In this document: positions 14,371-28,448 of the stretch, one piece after another
How positions within the stretch are numbered: the first letter of the stretch is position 1
How the letters are laid out: each line of letters begins with the position of its first letter
Assembly (NCBI RefSeq): GCF_001194135.2
Contig: NC_068991.1
Span: forward strand, 17,499,882-17,563,881
Direction: 5' to 3'
DNA length: 64,000 nucleotides
Origin: Octopus bimaculoides
Taxonomy: Eukaryota
Made by a program: the position numbers and the translations under genes
The notes under the pieces: model-generated
Told to the model about the DNA's origin: nothing
Database searches by the model: none
Seen by the model: only the letters and a program-made list of their open reading frames with translations

Positions 14371-14446
14371 GACAGTTTAGCTTAATCGGTCTAGAGCACC
14401 GCGATGCATAATCATGGAGGTGTGAGTTCGAGTCTCATAGCTGGCC
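14371..14446 (+). tRNA. tRNA-like gene or pseudogene with CAT in the anticodon loop (Met-like), non-canonical anticodon arm
   Basis: Acceptor stem GACAGTT/AGCTGGC (one mismatch), D-arm GCTT/GAGC, T-arm GTGAG-TTCGAGT-CTCAT, A/B-box-like motifs, T6 run at 14455-14460. Confidence 0.5.
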
Positions 14447-14603
14447 GCCTATACTTTTTTCTGCAAAATAGGGGTAGCTTATCCTGTTCAGGCTATATTA
14501 TTAGCATTATCCTGCATTTGAGAATTTAAAATCACTTTCTAAGACATCTCAACGCTTCTAAAAGCAAACTTTGTTTGTTTGTTTACGTTCACCGTAATTT
14601 GAA

Positions 14604-14638
<35 letters not shown>

Positions 14639-15770
14639 AGGGAGATAAAGAGATTTGACATGCTTTCATACAGTTTCTCCTTACTAAATTTCAACACAAG
14701 ACTAGAATGAAAGATACTTGCCTATGGTGGCAAGCATTGGAATTGAACCTGGAACTACAAAATGAACTTCNNNNNNNNNNNNNNNNNNNNNNNNNNNNNN
14801 NNNNNNNNNNNNNNNNNNNNNNNNNNNNNNNNNNNNNNNNNNNNNNNNNNNNNNNNNNNNNNNNNNNNNNNNNNNNNNNNNNNNNNNNNNNNNNNNNNNN
14901 NNNNNNNNNNNNNNNNNNNNNNNNNNNNNNNNNNNNNNNNNNNNNNNNNNNNNNNNNNNNNNNNNNNNNNNNNNNNNNNNNNNNNNNNNNNNNNNNNNNN
15001 NNNNNNNNNNNNNNNNNNNNNNNNNNNNNNNNNNNNNNNNNNNNNNNNNNNNNNNNNNNNNNNNNNNNNNNNNNNNNNNNNNNNNNNNNNNNNNNNNNNN
15101 NNNNNNNNNNNNNNNNNNNNNNNNNNNNNNNNNNNNNNNNNNNNNNNNNNNNNNNNNNNNNNNNNNNNNNNNNNNNNNNNNNNNNNNNNNNNNNNNNNNN
15201 NNNNNNNNNNNNNNNNNNNNNNNNNNNNNNNNNNNNNNGGGGGGGGGGGGAGTAAGTCAATTATATTGACCTCAGTGCTCAACTGGTACTCATTTTATTG
15301 ATCTCAAAAGGATGAAAGGCTAAGTTGATCCCGGCAGAATTTGAACTCAGAACGTAAAGACGGATGAGATGCTACTAAGCTGATTCGGTCAGCCTTATTA
15401 GAGTTTGATAATATTGATGTAATGACTGTGTACTGAGTTGGTGTATCACTATATCTACCAGAATCCTGTGGTTGGGGGCAGTTGAGGTACTTGGAGGCTC
15501 TACCATACCATGCTAACTCATTGCATGTAGGCACAGACTGACAGCTAGTTAAATTGACCTCGGTACTTGACAGATAACAGATACTTTTTTTCTTATTGAC
15601 TCTGGAAGGATGAAAAGTAAATTTGATCTTAGCAGGATTGGAGCTTAAAATGTAAAGACCCAGAAGAAATACAAGGCATTTTGTACACACTATTTCTGTC
15701 AATCCAGTATGGTATGTTGAATACCTCCAAGCTTTTCTTTGACTACTTGTTTTGCAAAGCAGGTACAGCT

Positions 15771-15808
<38 letters not shown>

Positions 15809-16107
15809 GGGAGAGAGAGAGAAAGAGTGTGTGTGTGTATGAGTGTGTGTGTGTGTNNNNNNNNNNNNNNNNNNNNNNNNNNNNNNNNNNNNNNNNNNNN
15901 NNNNNNNNNNNNNNNNNNNNNNNNNNNNNNNNNNNNNNNNNNNNNNNNNNNNNNNNNNNNNNNNNNNNNNNNNNNNNNNNNNNNNNNNNNNNNNNNNNNN
16001 NNNNNNNNNNNNNNNNNNNNNNNNNNNNNNNNNNNNNNNNNNNNNNNNNNNNNNNNNNNNNNNNNNNNNNNNNNNNNNNNNNNNNNNNNNNNNNNNNNNN
16101 NNNNNNN

Positions 16108-16155
<48 letters not shown>

Positions 16156-18239
16156 TGGTGACCTGACCCAAATGCTGGTAACAGAGTGGACTCTGCTGAA
16201 GGTACCCAAGGCCTGAGAAAATCTGCTTCAATAAACTGTGTCTGGCCCATGCAAGCATGGAAAAGTGAGCATTACAATAATGCTGATGCATGCATACAGA
16301 CACAAACACATAGTGAACGCAATACAAATGTATACAAGTGTGGTGTGGAAACAGGCATGGCTGTGTGATTAAGTAGCCTGCTTTGCAACTACATGGCTTT
16401 GGAGTCATTCACACAGCATGCACCTTGGGCAAGTGTCATCTACTACGGCCTCAGGAGTGAAACTGGCAGATAGAAACCAGATGGAAGTCCATTGTCTTTG
16501 TGTGTGTGTGTGTGTGTGTACAAGCAGATGTGTGGGCAAGTATGTGTGAGTGTATACTGCTTAGGTGACTGAGTGTAAAACAATGTCAACTGTTTAAACT
16601 TTAGCATACTGTAAGTGCATCATGTCACTGTATGAATTTTCTCCCTTGTAGTCACAGGGCAGTGACAGGGGAAGCAATTCTAGAAAAAAATGCAGTGTGT
16701 TAAAGGTTAAATAGTGATATTATATCTTATGCCTCTCGTAAAAACATGTGCAGTTGTTGAATGGCTCATCTCACAAACGACCAGGGAAGTAAGTACTTAA
16801 CTTGCTTGAAAATAAGATTTGGCATCAGGAAAAGTAACCAGTTGTAGGATGCTGTGTCAAGTTTCATCCAACTCATGTCAGCAAGAAAAAAATAAATGTA
16901 AAAATGATGATGAGGATGACAACAATGATGATGACTACACATATGTATGTACATACGTCTATGTGATACCAACTACACATACATGTATGTACATGCACTC
17001 ATTGTCCCATGTACTCTCTATCTCCCTATATACTATGTCAATGTAAGCATGCATGTACGCATATATGTATATATATATATATGTGTACCTATGCATGTAA
17101 GAGGCAGAGAGAGAAAGAGAGAGAATATATGTGCAAAAATGTGTACACATGCAGATAGTATATATAAATTTATAGTCTAAAAAAAAAAAGAACCAACAAT
17201 AACCAACTCAGAATCTATAGGAAACATTTATTGGAAACATAAAAGAGAACATACAGCAGCTTTGTTCGATAAAATCAGTTATTGATTAGTGAGTGATTAG
17301 ACAGATTGTGCACCTTCAGGTGGGGGTTATTTTTGAAGTAAAGCTTACTGATCAAGGTGTGTTGCTGTACAAGTTTAGTACCTTTACATTGCTTTATCAA
17401 ATATATTAGGTTACTATCACAGATTTAAGCAGTACCTTTATTTTCAATTTGTGTGTGTGTGTGTGTGTATGGAAGCAAATTTGTATGAAATTAACAAAAG
17501 GATGAAATTTTGTGTGTGCATGTTTGAAATTATAGAAAAAAAAAATGGTTGCAGCATGTCTATGTGTATGCATGAGTAATATATTTGTGGGTATACACTC
17601 AGACATAGATACACACACACAGCATATGCAAAAATATACATACTCATGAATGTGAGTGCATATGTATTTGTATATAACACTATGTGTATATGTACGTATA
17701 CATATATGTGCGTGTGTATGTGCATGTCTGTGTGTATGTAATATGTCTATATATACAATTTGTGTGTACACTCAACACACACACACACACACAGATGTAC
17801 ACAAGCACATATGTACCATTGGAAAAACTCACATGCAGACACTCATACACATACATACACAAAATTTCTTTATACTTCAAGTTTATCGGTTTATCACAGT
17901 AAAGTCTTGTTTGTAATTCATCAAATACAATATAAAAATATTACCAATAGCTACAAAACAATGTATGTATGTATATATGTATGTTAATCAAAGGTGGGTT
18001 TGAACTCAGAAAGTAAGAAAAATGCCAGTACACTACCATTTTTGCAACACTAACACTGTTCTATGTAGTAATAATGGAGACATAAAGTATGGACAGCATA
18101 ACTAATGAAACACTACATGGGGTCAATAAGCCCACTAGAAAAAGCAACGATATTCCCTTCAAATACAAGTGAAATGGTTGCTCTTTTACATGCAGCAGTC
18201 TTTAAAGAAATGCAAGTTTTATTCGCTGAACTGGAAGAA

Positions 18240-18470
18240 GTGAGTGGTGCCTATACTTCAGAGGTCCTCCTATACCAGAGAAATTGATGCCAACCTCACT
18301 GGTAATTTTCCTCTTGAACATTTGTAAGTCGACAGCTGCAGAAAAGATATGAGAAAGGAAATTCCAGACCACTGTTCTGGGAAAGGACTGAGTATAGTGA
18401 TTAGTGCAGGGCCTTGAGAGTATGAATACATCTGATCATATAATCTTGCAGTATGTCTGAATAAAAGACA
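18240..18470 (-). mobile_element. CR1/L2-type LINE ORF2 C-terminal remnant
   Basis: Minus frame reads RPCTNHYTQSFPRTVVWNFLSHIFSAAVDLQMFKRKI, resembling the Y-x2-SFFPRT-x2-WN-x-L...L-x2-FK tail of CR1/L2-group ORF2 (recognised from memory). Confidence 0.55.
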
Positions 18471-19209
18471 AGGGTTGATACTTTTGATCATAAGTCTGCT
18501 CAATCACAGCTGATGTGGGGTTAAAAGGAACTAAAAAAAAACAAAAGAAACTGGGGAGCTATGAATGGATTGTCACAAAAAAATATAAGAGTTAATCGTT
18601 AGAAAAGTTAAACGTAGTGATTTACTAATGTAAGTGCTGCTAGAATATTAAATTTCAAATGATATAAAAGCTTTTAATGAAATCCTTAACAGAAACAATG
18701 AAAATACAAGGATATGGTGAAAGATATTTTCACATGCCATGAAATCAAATTGAACTTAGTGTCTTATGATTGTGACATGAACTTTTTAAACACTCAGTTA
18801 TGCTTTTATCCACACACACACACACACACTCTAAGGCTACTATTACTACTTATTAGATACATCCCTTGCATGAGTTAATATCTCATGAATGTCAAATGAA
18901 ATAATGAAAGCACATTACTCAGTGACTGTTACGGTGTCGGGCTCACAATAGTTAGGTTGCAGGTTTTATCCTCAGACAGGACAGCATATTGTGTCTGCCA
19001 GCAAAGCACTTAATTTCATGTTGCTCTAGTTCATTCAGCTGAAAATTAGTTAATATGACGAACTGGCATCCTATTCAGAATGGAGAGTCTTGTACTTTCA
19101 GCATAAATGCCTTCAAAATCTGAATGAGCTCTGGGTTCAAGAGCCTGTAGGCTTAAGGCAGACTTAACAGAAATAACAATGCCAGCATGGATAATTTTTC
19201 TTCAATAAA

Positions 19210-19380
19210 GGCGCAGGAGTGGCTGTGTGGTAAGTAGCTTGCTTACCAACCACATGGTTCTGGGTTCAGTCCTACTGCGTGGCACCTTGGGCAAGTGTCT
19301 TCTACTATAGCCTCGGGCCAACCAAAGCCTTGTGAGTGGATTTGGTAGACGGAAACTGAAAGAAGCCCGTCGTATATATG

Positions 19381-19411
<31 letters not shown>

Positions 19412-19650
19412 GTGTGTGTATATGATTGTGTGTGTATATGATTGTGTGTCTGTGTTTGTCCCCCAACTTCGCTTGACAACCGATGCTGGTGTGTTTAGGT
19501 CCAGGTAACTTAGCGGTTCGGCAAAACAGACCAATAGAATAAGTACTAGGCTTACAAAGAATAAGTCCTGGGGTCGATTTGCTCGACTTAAGGTGGTGCT
19601 CCAGCATGGTCGCAGTCAAATGACTGAAACAAGTAAAAGAGTAAATGAAA
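19210..19650 (+). mobile_element. SINE family A copy
   Basis: Near-identical to the 8418 and 12297 copies. Confidence 0.88.
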
Positions 19651-20965
19651 GAAACGTACGAGTTGTTGTTCATTCAACAACATAGATTCAGAACTTTTGA
19701 AGAAAAGCAACGCCATTTCTCAAAGAATACAACTTATGGAAAAAGTGTGTCTGATAAGCATTGATGTGAATGCACACACACATTCTTTTATGTTTCAGTC
19801 ATTGGGCTGTGGCCATGCTGGAGCACTGCCATAAAAGATTCAGTCAAACACATTGAACCAATGCCTACTTTAAGTCTGTTCCTTATTCTATTAGAGTTTT
19901 TCACTGAACAACTAAGTTATGGGGACATAAACAAACCAACACTAGCTCTCAAGCAGCAAGACAAAGACACACACACACACATGCATACATCCACAAACGT
20001 AAATATATGACAAGGCTTTCTTGCAGTTTCCTTCTATTGAATGTGCTCACAAGACATTAGTTGACTTGGAAGCTATAATATAAGACCCACTGGCCCAAGA
20101 TGCTCAACAGTGGGACTGAACCTGAAACCACATGGCTGAAATCTTGTGATTGTGAAGCAAAACCTCTTCGTTATGCAGCTATGTTTTCTGTGCCTAGAAA
20201 AGTAAATGGATTTCTGCTGAATTCATCAAGGAATATTCCAGAAGTTGTTTGATCAACTGAGCCACCTACTCATTGAATTACATTGCAAATGGCTGAGTAT
20301 TCCATATAGCAAGCACAATTTTGTTTGACTATACCCCTGGAAGATTAAAAAAGAGATTGGCCACTGGGTTTCGTGTTTACTGCTTACCAGTTGGCGGAAA
20401 CATTGTCTTCAGCCATTAACACAAAACCTTGTGGCCTTCCCCTGTTGCGTCTTCGAAAGAAAGTGAAATCATGTCTGCTAAAGTGTACTTGCAGGTTCAA
20501 AGGGTTAAGAGTACTGTAAAGTAATTCTCAGGCCAGTCTTGTCACATCAATGTGACAGTGTATGACAAGGTTGGCTCTTTGAATTAAAGATGTAGTCCAA
20601 CTGATCTACAGTTCACAGACCACAGTTTCTGTCAAGCCAATTTCACTTGTGAGGCTTGGTTGGACCCAGGGCTATGTATGGTAAAAGATACTTGACAAAG
20701 TTCAATCACACCATGCAACAGAATTGAACCCCAGGACCCATGACTGTGAAGTGAACTTCTTTCTTAACCACTTGCCTATACTTGCATTTTCTGTCTCTAT
20801 CTCTCACACACATTATAAAGTATATATCAATGTATGTTGATTGGTGAGTTTAAATAAATATACATTTGTGTGTGTGTGTGCGCGCACTTTTTAATGTTTT
20901 GCATACACACACAAAAACTTGTGTAGGTGTGTGTGTGAGATCAAACACACACACCTACCCACACA

Positions 20966-21006
<41 letters not shown>

Positions 21007-21270
21007 NNNNNNNNNNNNNNNNNNNNNNNNNNNNNNNNNNNNNNNNNNNNNNNNNNNNNNNNNNNNNNNNNNNNNNNNNNNNNNNNNNNNNNNNNNNNNN
21101 NNNNNNNNNNNNNNNNNNNNNNNNNNNNNNNNNNNNNNNNNNNNNNNNNNNNNNNNNNNNNNNNNNNNNNNNNNNNNNNNNNNNNNNNNNNNNNNNNNNN
21201 NNNNNNNNNNNNNNNNNNNNNNNNNNNNNNNNNNNNNNNNNNNNNNNNNNNNNNNNNNNNNNNNNNNNNN

Positions 21271-21309
<39 letters not shown>

Positions 21310-22054
21310 CTTGGTATTTCAAGCTTTACAAAGCATACACATGTTTCAATAAATCAACTGATAAGATTACACAACTGTTTGGTGAAATTACATAATCTTA
21401 TCAATTCATTTTTTCAGGGTTTCTTCTACCACATGTGTGTGTGTGTGGTGCATACACAAATACAATCACAAATATATAGCTGAGACCAAATTGACATTCT
21501 GTTAAGTGAACTCACTTCCTTAGTATTTCAAGAAGTGAATTCACTTTTGCCAGACCAACTAACTCTTCATATTGTCCTTTTCCATTTAGCCTTATGTTTC
21601 TAAATGATTTTACTCCACCTCTAGTGGTCCATCCCAGTAAACAACCAGGTCAGATAGATGGTGAATGGCAGAGTAATAAAAATCCTTGGTCTAAGACAAA
21701 CTGACAAATGCACCATTTGCTGCAAACATGTCCATAGCCAGAGTGCAAAATCCCAAGATATGGAGCATCACAGCAGAACACTATAAGAGCTGAGCTGAAT
21801 AGTGAATGGTTAGTTGGAACTAACACAAGACAATAGTAGAGGCTGGAAAGTTATGTGACAAAAGGCAAATGACAGTCTCCATTCTGAGTAAACACAACAA
21901 TAGTTTGTGCATAATTTGCAGTTGCCACTCACAAAAACCATACAACTAAATAATTGGGGAACCATCTACTGTACAACTAACTCTTTTTGCCTTTTGATAG
22001 AAATGGATACAAACAAGAGCATTTGATTGTACTATATATATATATATATATATA

Positions 22055-22218
22055 TATTATTAATCAATGAAATTGCAACTTACTCTGATTTGCACATTTT
22101 ATTATTTACAATTTTACAATATTGAAATGAGCTTTATTTCAATATTGTAAAATTGTGAAAATTGTAAATGATAAAACGTAAAAATCAGACCAAGTTGGAA
22201 TTTCATTGATTAAATATA
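22055..22218. repeat. AT-rich near-perfect palindrome (foldback)
   Basis: TTAATCAATGAAATT...TTTACAATATTGAAAT mirrored by ATTTCAATATTGTAAA...AATTTCATTGATTAA with a short central loop. Confidence 0.8.
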
Positions 22219-22242
22219 TTCTTCTATACACAATCGTACAAA

Positions 22243-22292
<50 letters not shown>

Positions 22293-22666
22293 TATATACT
22301 TACATTAAAACACACATAAATGGAGATAACAAGAATATGTGCATCAAGTGTGAGTTTTCATTTTTGATGGCTAAAACTTAAAAAGATTTACNNNNNNNNN
22401 NNNNNNNNNNNNNNNNNNNNNNNNNNNNNNNNNNNNNNNNNNNNNNNNNNNNNNNNNNNNNNNNNNNNNNNNNNNNNNNNNNNNNNNNNNNNNNNNNNNN
22501 NNNNNNNNNNNNNNNNNNNNNNNNNNNNNNNNNNNNNNNNNNNNNNNNNNNNNNNNNNNNNNNNNNNNNNNNNNNNNNNNNNNNNNNNNNNNNNNNNNNN
22601 NNNNNNNNNNNNNNNNNNNNNNNNNNNNNNNNNNNNNNNNNNNNNNNNNNNNNNNNNNNNNNNNNN

Positions 22667-22737
<71 letters not shown>

Positions 22738-25352
22738 CAAATGAGCACTTTGCATCATTTTAGCCTTTGAATAATGCCACCCCACTGGTTAGGTGAGCAG
22801 GCCAACATTACCCCCTGATCAAAAGGGAGTTTGGAGCAATGTGAAATGAAGTGTTTTGCTCAAGAACTCAACATGCCACCTGGTCTGGGTATTGAACCCA
22901 TGATCTAGTGATCATGAGTGCAACACTCTAACCACTAAGTCACACGCCTTCACATATATCATTGGTATCTTCATATATATATATATATGAAAATACCAGT
23001 GGCATGAAACTTGAATTGTGAGAAAAACTCCCAGTTTCAATTTCAATAAAAAAAAAACATATACTCTACAACATGTATTGAGCACTCCTTTCTTATTCGT
23101 TCAACATTAAGCAATGCACACACACACACACACACACACACCCTTCATCTCAATTATTTATTCAATCTGAGATTACTTATAAAAATGAAGACAATAATTA
23201 AAACAGTGCCGGTCCAGGCTGCTATTGTGATAATACTAGTGAGATCACACCTGTGAACAGTTATCAGTTGGTAGCCCATTCGATATAATTGAACCCTAAT
23301 TCTTAAAAAAAGATGTCTGATGAGAGAGGCCCAACATGGTCATAACTAACTGGAGAGAACCAGCAAAGAGTTTATTAATAAAAATGAAAGAAAAAAACCC
23401 CCCTTACCACGCCAAACTCCTGAATATCTGTCTTCTTGACCCAAAGTCAAGAAAATTAATCTTTATCACTGGCAATATCAAGGGGACCACTCTAATGAGG
23501 AAATGTTTATTTAACAGGTTACATGAAACCTGAAGAAATTGAAAGCACAGAAATTCCTACACAGAAAAATTCAGTTTTTACATTAAAATAACTCTGTACT
23601 GATTATGTAATTAAAATAAGGAAGCACTTTGGGATAATTAATTACTCACACAGAAACAAACACTGAAATAATTTCTTTTCTTGTACATTTTTAACAAAAT
23701 GATGTTTCCAAAACAGTGATATTTGAAATGGAATTTTTGGCAATCATTTATTTCAAGATTGATTGAGACTGAAATTAGTAGAACACAGATTCCTTGTTTT
23801 AAGTGTATGGAATACATCTGAAAGATTGTATGATTCAGTTGTATTTTCTTGATTATCTCTGATCACATCTTGGTAAAAATAGCTAAGTGAATTCAGCAGT
23901 ATTAATTAACAGCATGAATTAACAATGTATATGTATATACACTGGTGATAAATCCCATGGATTGACAATAATAATCTACAGTGAGATAGATGATGATATT
24001 TTGAAAAACAGTCACATATTCCAAACAGAGAAATCAAATGGATCCAAGTAAGATGGAAAAAAAAAAGTCAGGAGGGTTACCAAATGAGATCAGATAAAAA
24101 TTACAATAGAATTATGAAGACTAAAACACAATCTAGAAGAATATAATTTTCTTTGATTATTTAGCTTTGACATTTTAAAAGACAACCCCAGCTGATATCA
24201 TGTTCCAACTGATATAAAGTACAAAAATTGTTTCTGCATGTTTGATAATCAAACATGAATTTTCTAGGAAACACTAAAATTAATGGACATCATCACAAAC
24301 ATTTTTATATCGCATTGGATTATAATGACAAACAGAAAGGACTAATCATTGATCATATTGATTTTCATAAAGAATCATGTATATTTTCAGGCAAGACTGG
24401 ATCATATAATTGGTAATCTCATCAACGATCATATTGATTTTTATATACAATGGATCACATTGATCCTCATAGCACATTGAATCTTGTGAACTTTATATAA
24501 AACTGGATCATGTGTGAATTTTTACATTAAGCAGGTAACATACGGATGTCAAAACTGACATTCAATGAACAACTGAAAGATCATACTGAACTTCTCACTA
24601 ATTGATCATTAGCCCACACCAGTTCATGATCAATACAAAATTTAGAAAATAGCATAAGATCCCACATACTGCTATATACACCATAACACAACACATTATA
24701 CTGAGAATCAGAGAAGATTGGTTCATACTGATTTCCCCCATATATATCAGATCTGTTCTGTCCTGAACACTTGAACATTTCATATTGATCATTGATTGGT
24801 CAAGCTGAATTGCATGGATTTTCAACTATGGATATTTCTTCCCCGGATCTTTCTACTAGATCCAGATCATCTGATCTCTGAATTAATGTTGAAGTAATTA
24901 TTAACCCGACATAGTATTTAAATAAACACACTAAATTATACTATTCAAATAAATACACTAAAAACCAATTATCTTTCATAAAAAGAAAACTTTCAGACAA
25001 AACTATATGTGTAGACATATGATACATGTATATGTATATATATTTATATACACGCACATATTTTTTCAGCAGAAAAGTATAAATTTCTTGTGCAGTTCAA
25101 ACTTTAACTGTGCTAAAAAGCTGATTCATTAAGACAAACACCATTAAACGTACAATTGCATAATTGTGATACGTAATTGATTCAAAACCTATTTACTTTA
25201 TATATCTGAATACACACACACACACACACACACACAATACATACATATTTATAAACCCATACATACATATTACTAACAGATACAGAGAATATATACTGAC
25301 AAAGGCTTGTGTGTATATGTGCATATATGAGTGTGTATTTATGTGAATATAA

Positions 25353-25396
<44 letters not shown>

Positions 25397-25913
25397 CATA
25401 CACACACACACACATAACTGTGTCAGTGTGTTTGTGTACTCGTGCTTGTGTCCACATACATGTAGATCTATATGATTATATACATGTGTGGATATGGCTG
25501 TGCACACATGCACACACACACACAAAGAGAACGTTAAAGACATGTAAATCTACATCACTCAGGAACATTAATTAACAGTATTAATTAGCAATGTATGTTT
25601 ATACACAAGCCCACTCATGACCAATAAGAATCTACAGAGATAAAAATGACAATATTTTGGAAAAAACGGTATCACTCACTCCAGCCAAGTAAAATGGATA
25701 AAAATCAGGAGAGAGGCCAAATGAGATCACATTAAAAATAACAGGAATTATGAAGAATAAAAACCAATCCAGAAGAATACGATACTTTTGGATTATTTAG
25801 TTTACACATTTAAAAGATAGCCTCGGCTGACCCGACATCATCTTCCAACAGACACAAAATGCAATAATCCCTTTCGAATCTTTGATGATCAAACAAATTT
25901 GATAATCAAGTAA

Positions 25914-25971
<58 letters not shown>

Positions 25972-28448
25972 ACATGTGTATGTGTATGCAATTATGCCTG
26001 TAGATGTGTATTTGATCTTGTATCAGACTACAGCAGATGTTATATTTTTGAGAGGNNNNNNNNNNNNNNNNNNNNNNNNNNNNNNNNNNNNNNNNNNNNN
26101 NNNNNNNNNNNNNNNNNNNNNNNNNNNNNNNNNNNNNNNNNNNNNNNNNNNNNNNNNNNNNNNNNNNNNNNNNNNNNNNNNNNNNNNNNNNNNNNNNNNN
26201 NNNNNNNNNNNNNNNNNNNNNNNNNNNNNNNNNNNNNNNNNNNNNNNNNNNNNNNNNNNNNNNNNNNNNNNNNNNNNNNNNNNNNNNNNNNNNNNNNNNN
26301 NNNNNNNNNNNNNNNNNNNNNNNNNNNNNNNNNNNNNNNNNNNNNNNNNNNNNNNNNNNNNNNNNNNNNNNNNNNNNNNNNNNNNNNNNNNNNNNNNNNN
26401 NNNNNNNNNNNNNNNNNNNNNNNNNNNNNNNNNNNNNNNNNNNNNNNNNNNNNNNNNNNNNNNNNNNNNNNNNNNNNNNNNNNNNNNNNNNNNNNNNNNN
26501 NNNNNNNNNNNNNNNNNNNNNNNNNNNNNNNNNNNNNNNNNNNNNNNNNNNNNNNNNNNNNNNNNNNNNNNNNNNNNNNNNNNNNNNNNNNNNNNNNNNN
26601 NNNNNNNNNNNNNNNNNNNNNNNNNNNNNNNNNNNNNNNNNNNNNNNNNNNNNNNNNNNNNNNNNNNNNNNNNNNNNNNNNNNNNNNNNNNNNNNNNNNN
26701 NNNNNNNNNNNNNNNNNNNNNNNNNNNNNNNNNNNNNNNNNNNNNNNNNNNNNNNNNNNNNNNNNNNNNNNNNNNNNNNNNNNNNNNNNNNNNNNNNNNN
26801 NNNNNNNNNNNNNNNNNNNNNNNNNNNNNNNNNNNNNNNNNNNNNNNNNNNNNNNNNNNNNNNNNNNNNNNNNNNNNNNNNNNNNNNNNNNNNNNNNNNN
26901 NNNNNNNNNNNNNNNNNNNNNNNNNNNNNNNNNNNNNNNNNNNNNNNNNNNNNNNNNNNNNNNNNNNNNNNNNNNNNNNNNNNNNNNNNNNNNNNNNNTG
27001 ATGGTGGTAGTAGTGGTGGTGATGGTGGTAGTAGTGGTGGTGATTGTTTAACCCCCCCCCCCAGGTCAGCACTGACTGAGCAAGCCTACGATCAAATTCA
27101 TTCCAGCCATGACCACCCTGTTTTTAATTAAGATGTAATAAAAGTAGAACCACATTATCTCATGTACTCTTCCTTTTTTAAGAGGGTAGGGTATAACCTG
27201 AGGACTTGGTTATTATTTCTCATAAGTCAGGTGACCATGTAAAACCACCCTCGGCTCACAACAAACATCTGTTGTTTATCCTTAGATTACCCTTGATCAA
27301 GGAGACTGATGATCAAAAGTGTTCCAGTCATGACCATACCATGTTTTTATATCCATGAGCATATTAGCCAGTGAAGATATATGATCTAGTGCAGGGGTTT
27401 TCAAACTGTGGTCAGGCTCATAATCATGAGGTAGTGAGTTTGATTCCTGGACTGGGCTGTGTATTGTATTCTTGAGCAAGACATTTTATTTCACATTTGT
27501 TCCAGTTCATCCAGCTGTAGAAATGAGTTGCAATGTCACTGGTGCCAAGCTGTATCGGCTTTTCCCTTGGATAACATCAGTGACATGGAGAAGAGAGGCT
27601 GGTACACATGGGCAACTGCTGGTCTTCTATAAACAACCTTGCCCGGACTTGTGCCTCAGAGGGGAACATTCTGGGTGCAATCCCAGGGTCATTCATGACC
27701 AAAAGGTTCTTTACCTTTTCTATTAGCCAGTGAAGACATGTGGTCTAGTGGTTAGAGTGTTGGGCTTACACTCATAAAGCCAGAAGTTCTAATCCTTGAC
27801 AGGGTAGCATAGTATCCCTGAGCAAGGCACAATGTTGCCTGTTGCTCCAGTCGACTCAACTGAAAATGAGTACCAGATGACTGTTGGGGGACAGTCCACT
27901 TTCCTTCCAGCTGTCGCATCCTGAATATTTTGCTGGGTCAAAGGTGAGAGGGCTAAGAGTGTGTCTTTGTATGCTTATGACTCCAAAGACATCTAAAACA
28001 AAGATATACTACAAGCCACCAGGTCAATGCTTGTCTCTCCTCCCCTTCTCTAGTCACTCTTGTTGCATCAACTCTACCTTAGGCAATCCACTAATAACTC
28101 TTCTCAGTCCTTCATATCAAGAATTTCCCCCCTCACCCAAACACACCCACACTCAAGAACTCCCTCCTTGTTCATGTCAAGAGGAATGTTATAATGGCAT
28201 CAATTTCAACTGGCTCTGAGGGTCTGCAGAGGGGCCATAGGAACTGTTTTTCCATCAAACCTAGCAAAAAAAAGGATCCACTACGCATTCTAATTTTTTT
28301 TTTTAAAGATAGGTAAGGTGTAATTTAATGGGAATTTGGTTGCTATTTCTATTTCACAGAACTACATGGGAAGTTACTTGCCTTGCATATGTATTTGAAA
28401 GGTTTTGCCAGCAGGTAAACTGCTTATAATTGTGACAATAACGTTTTG

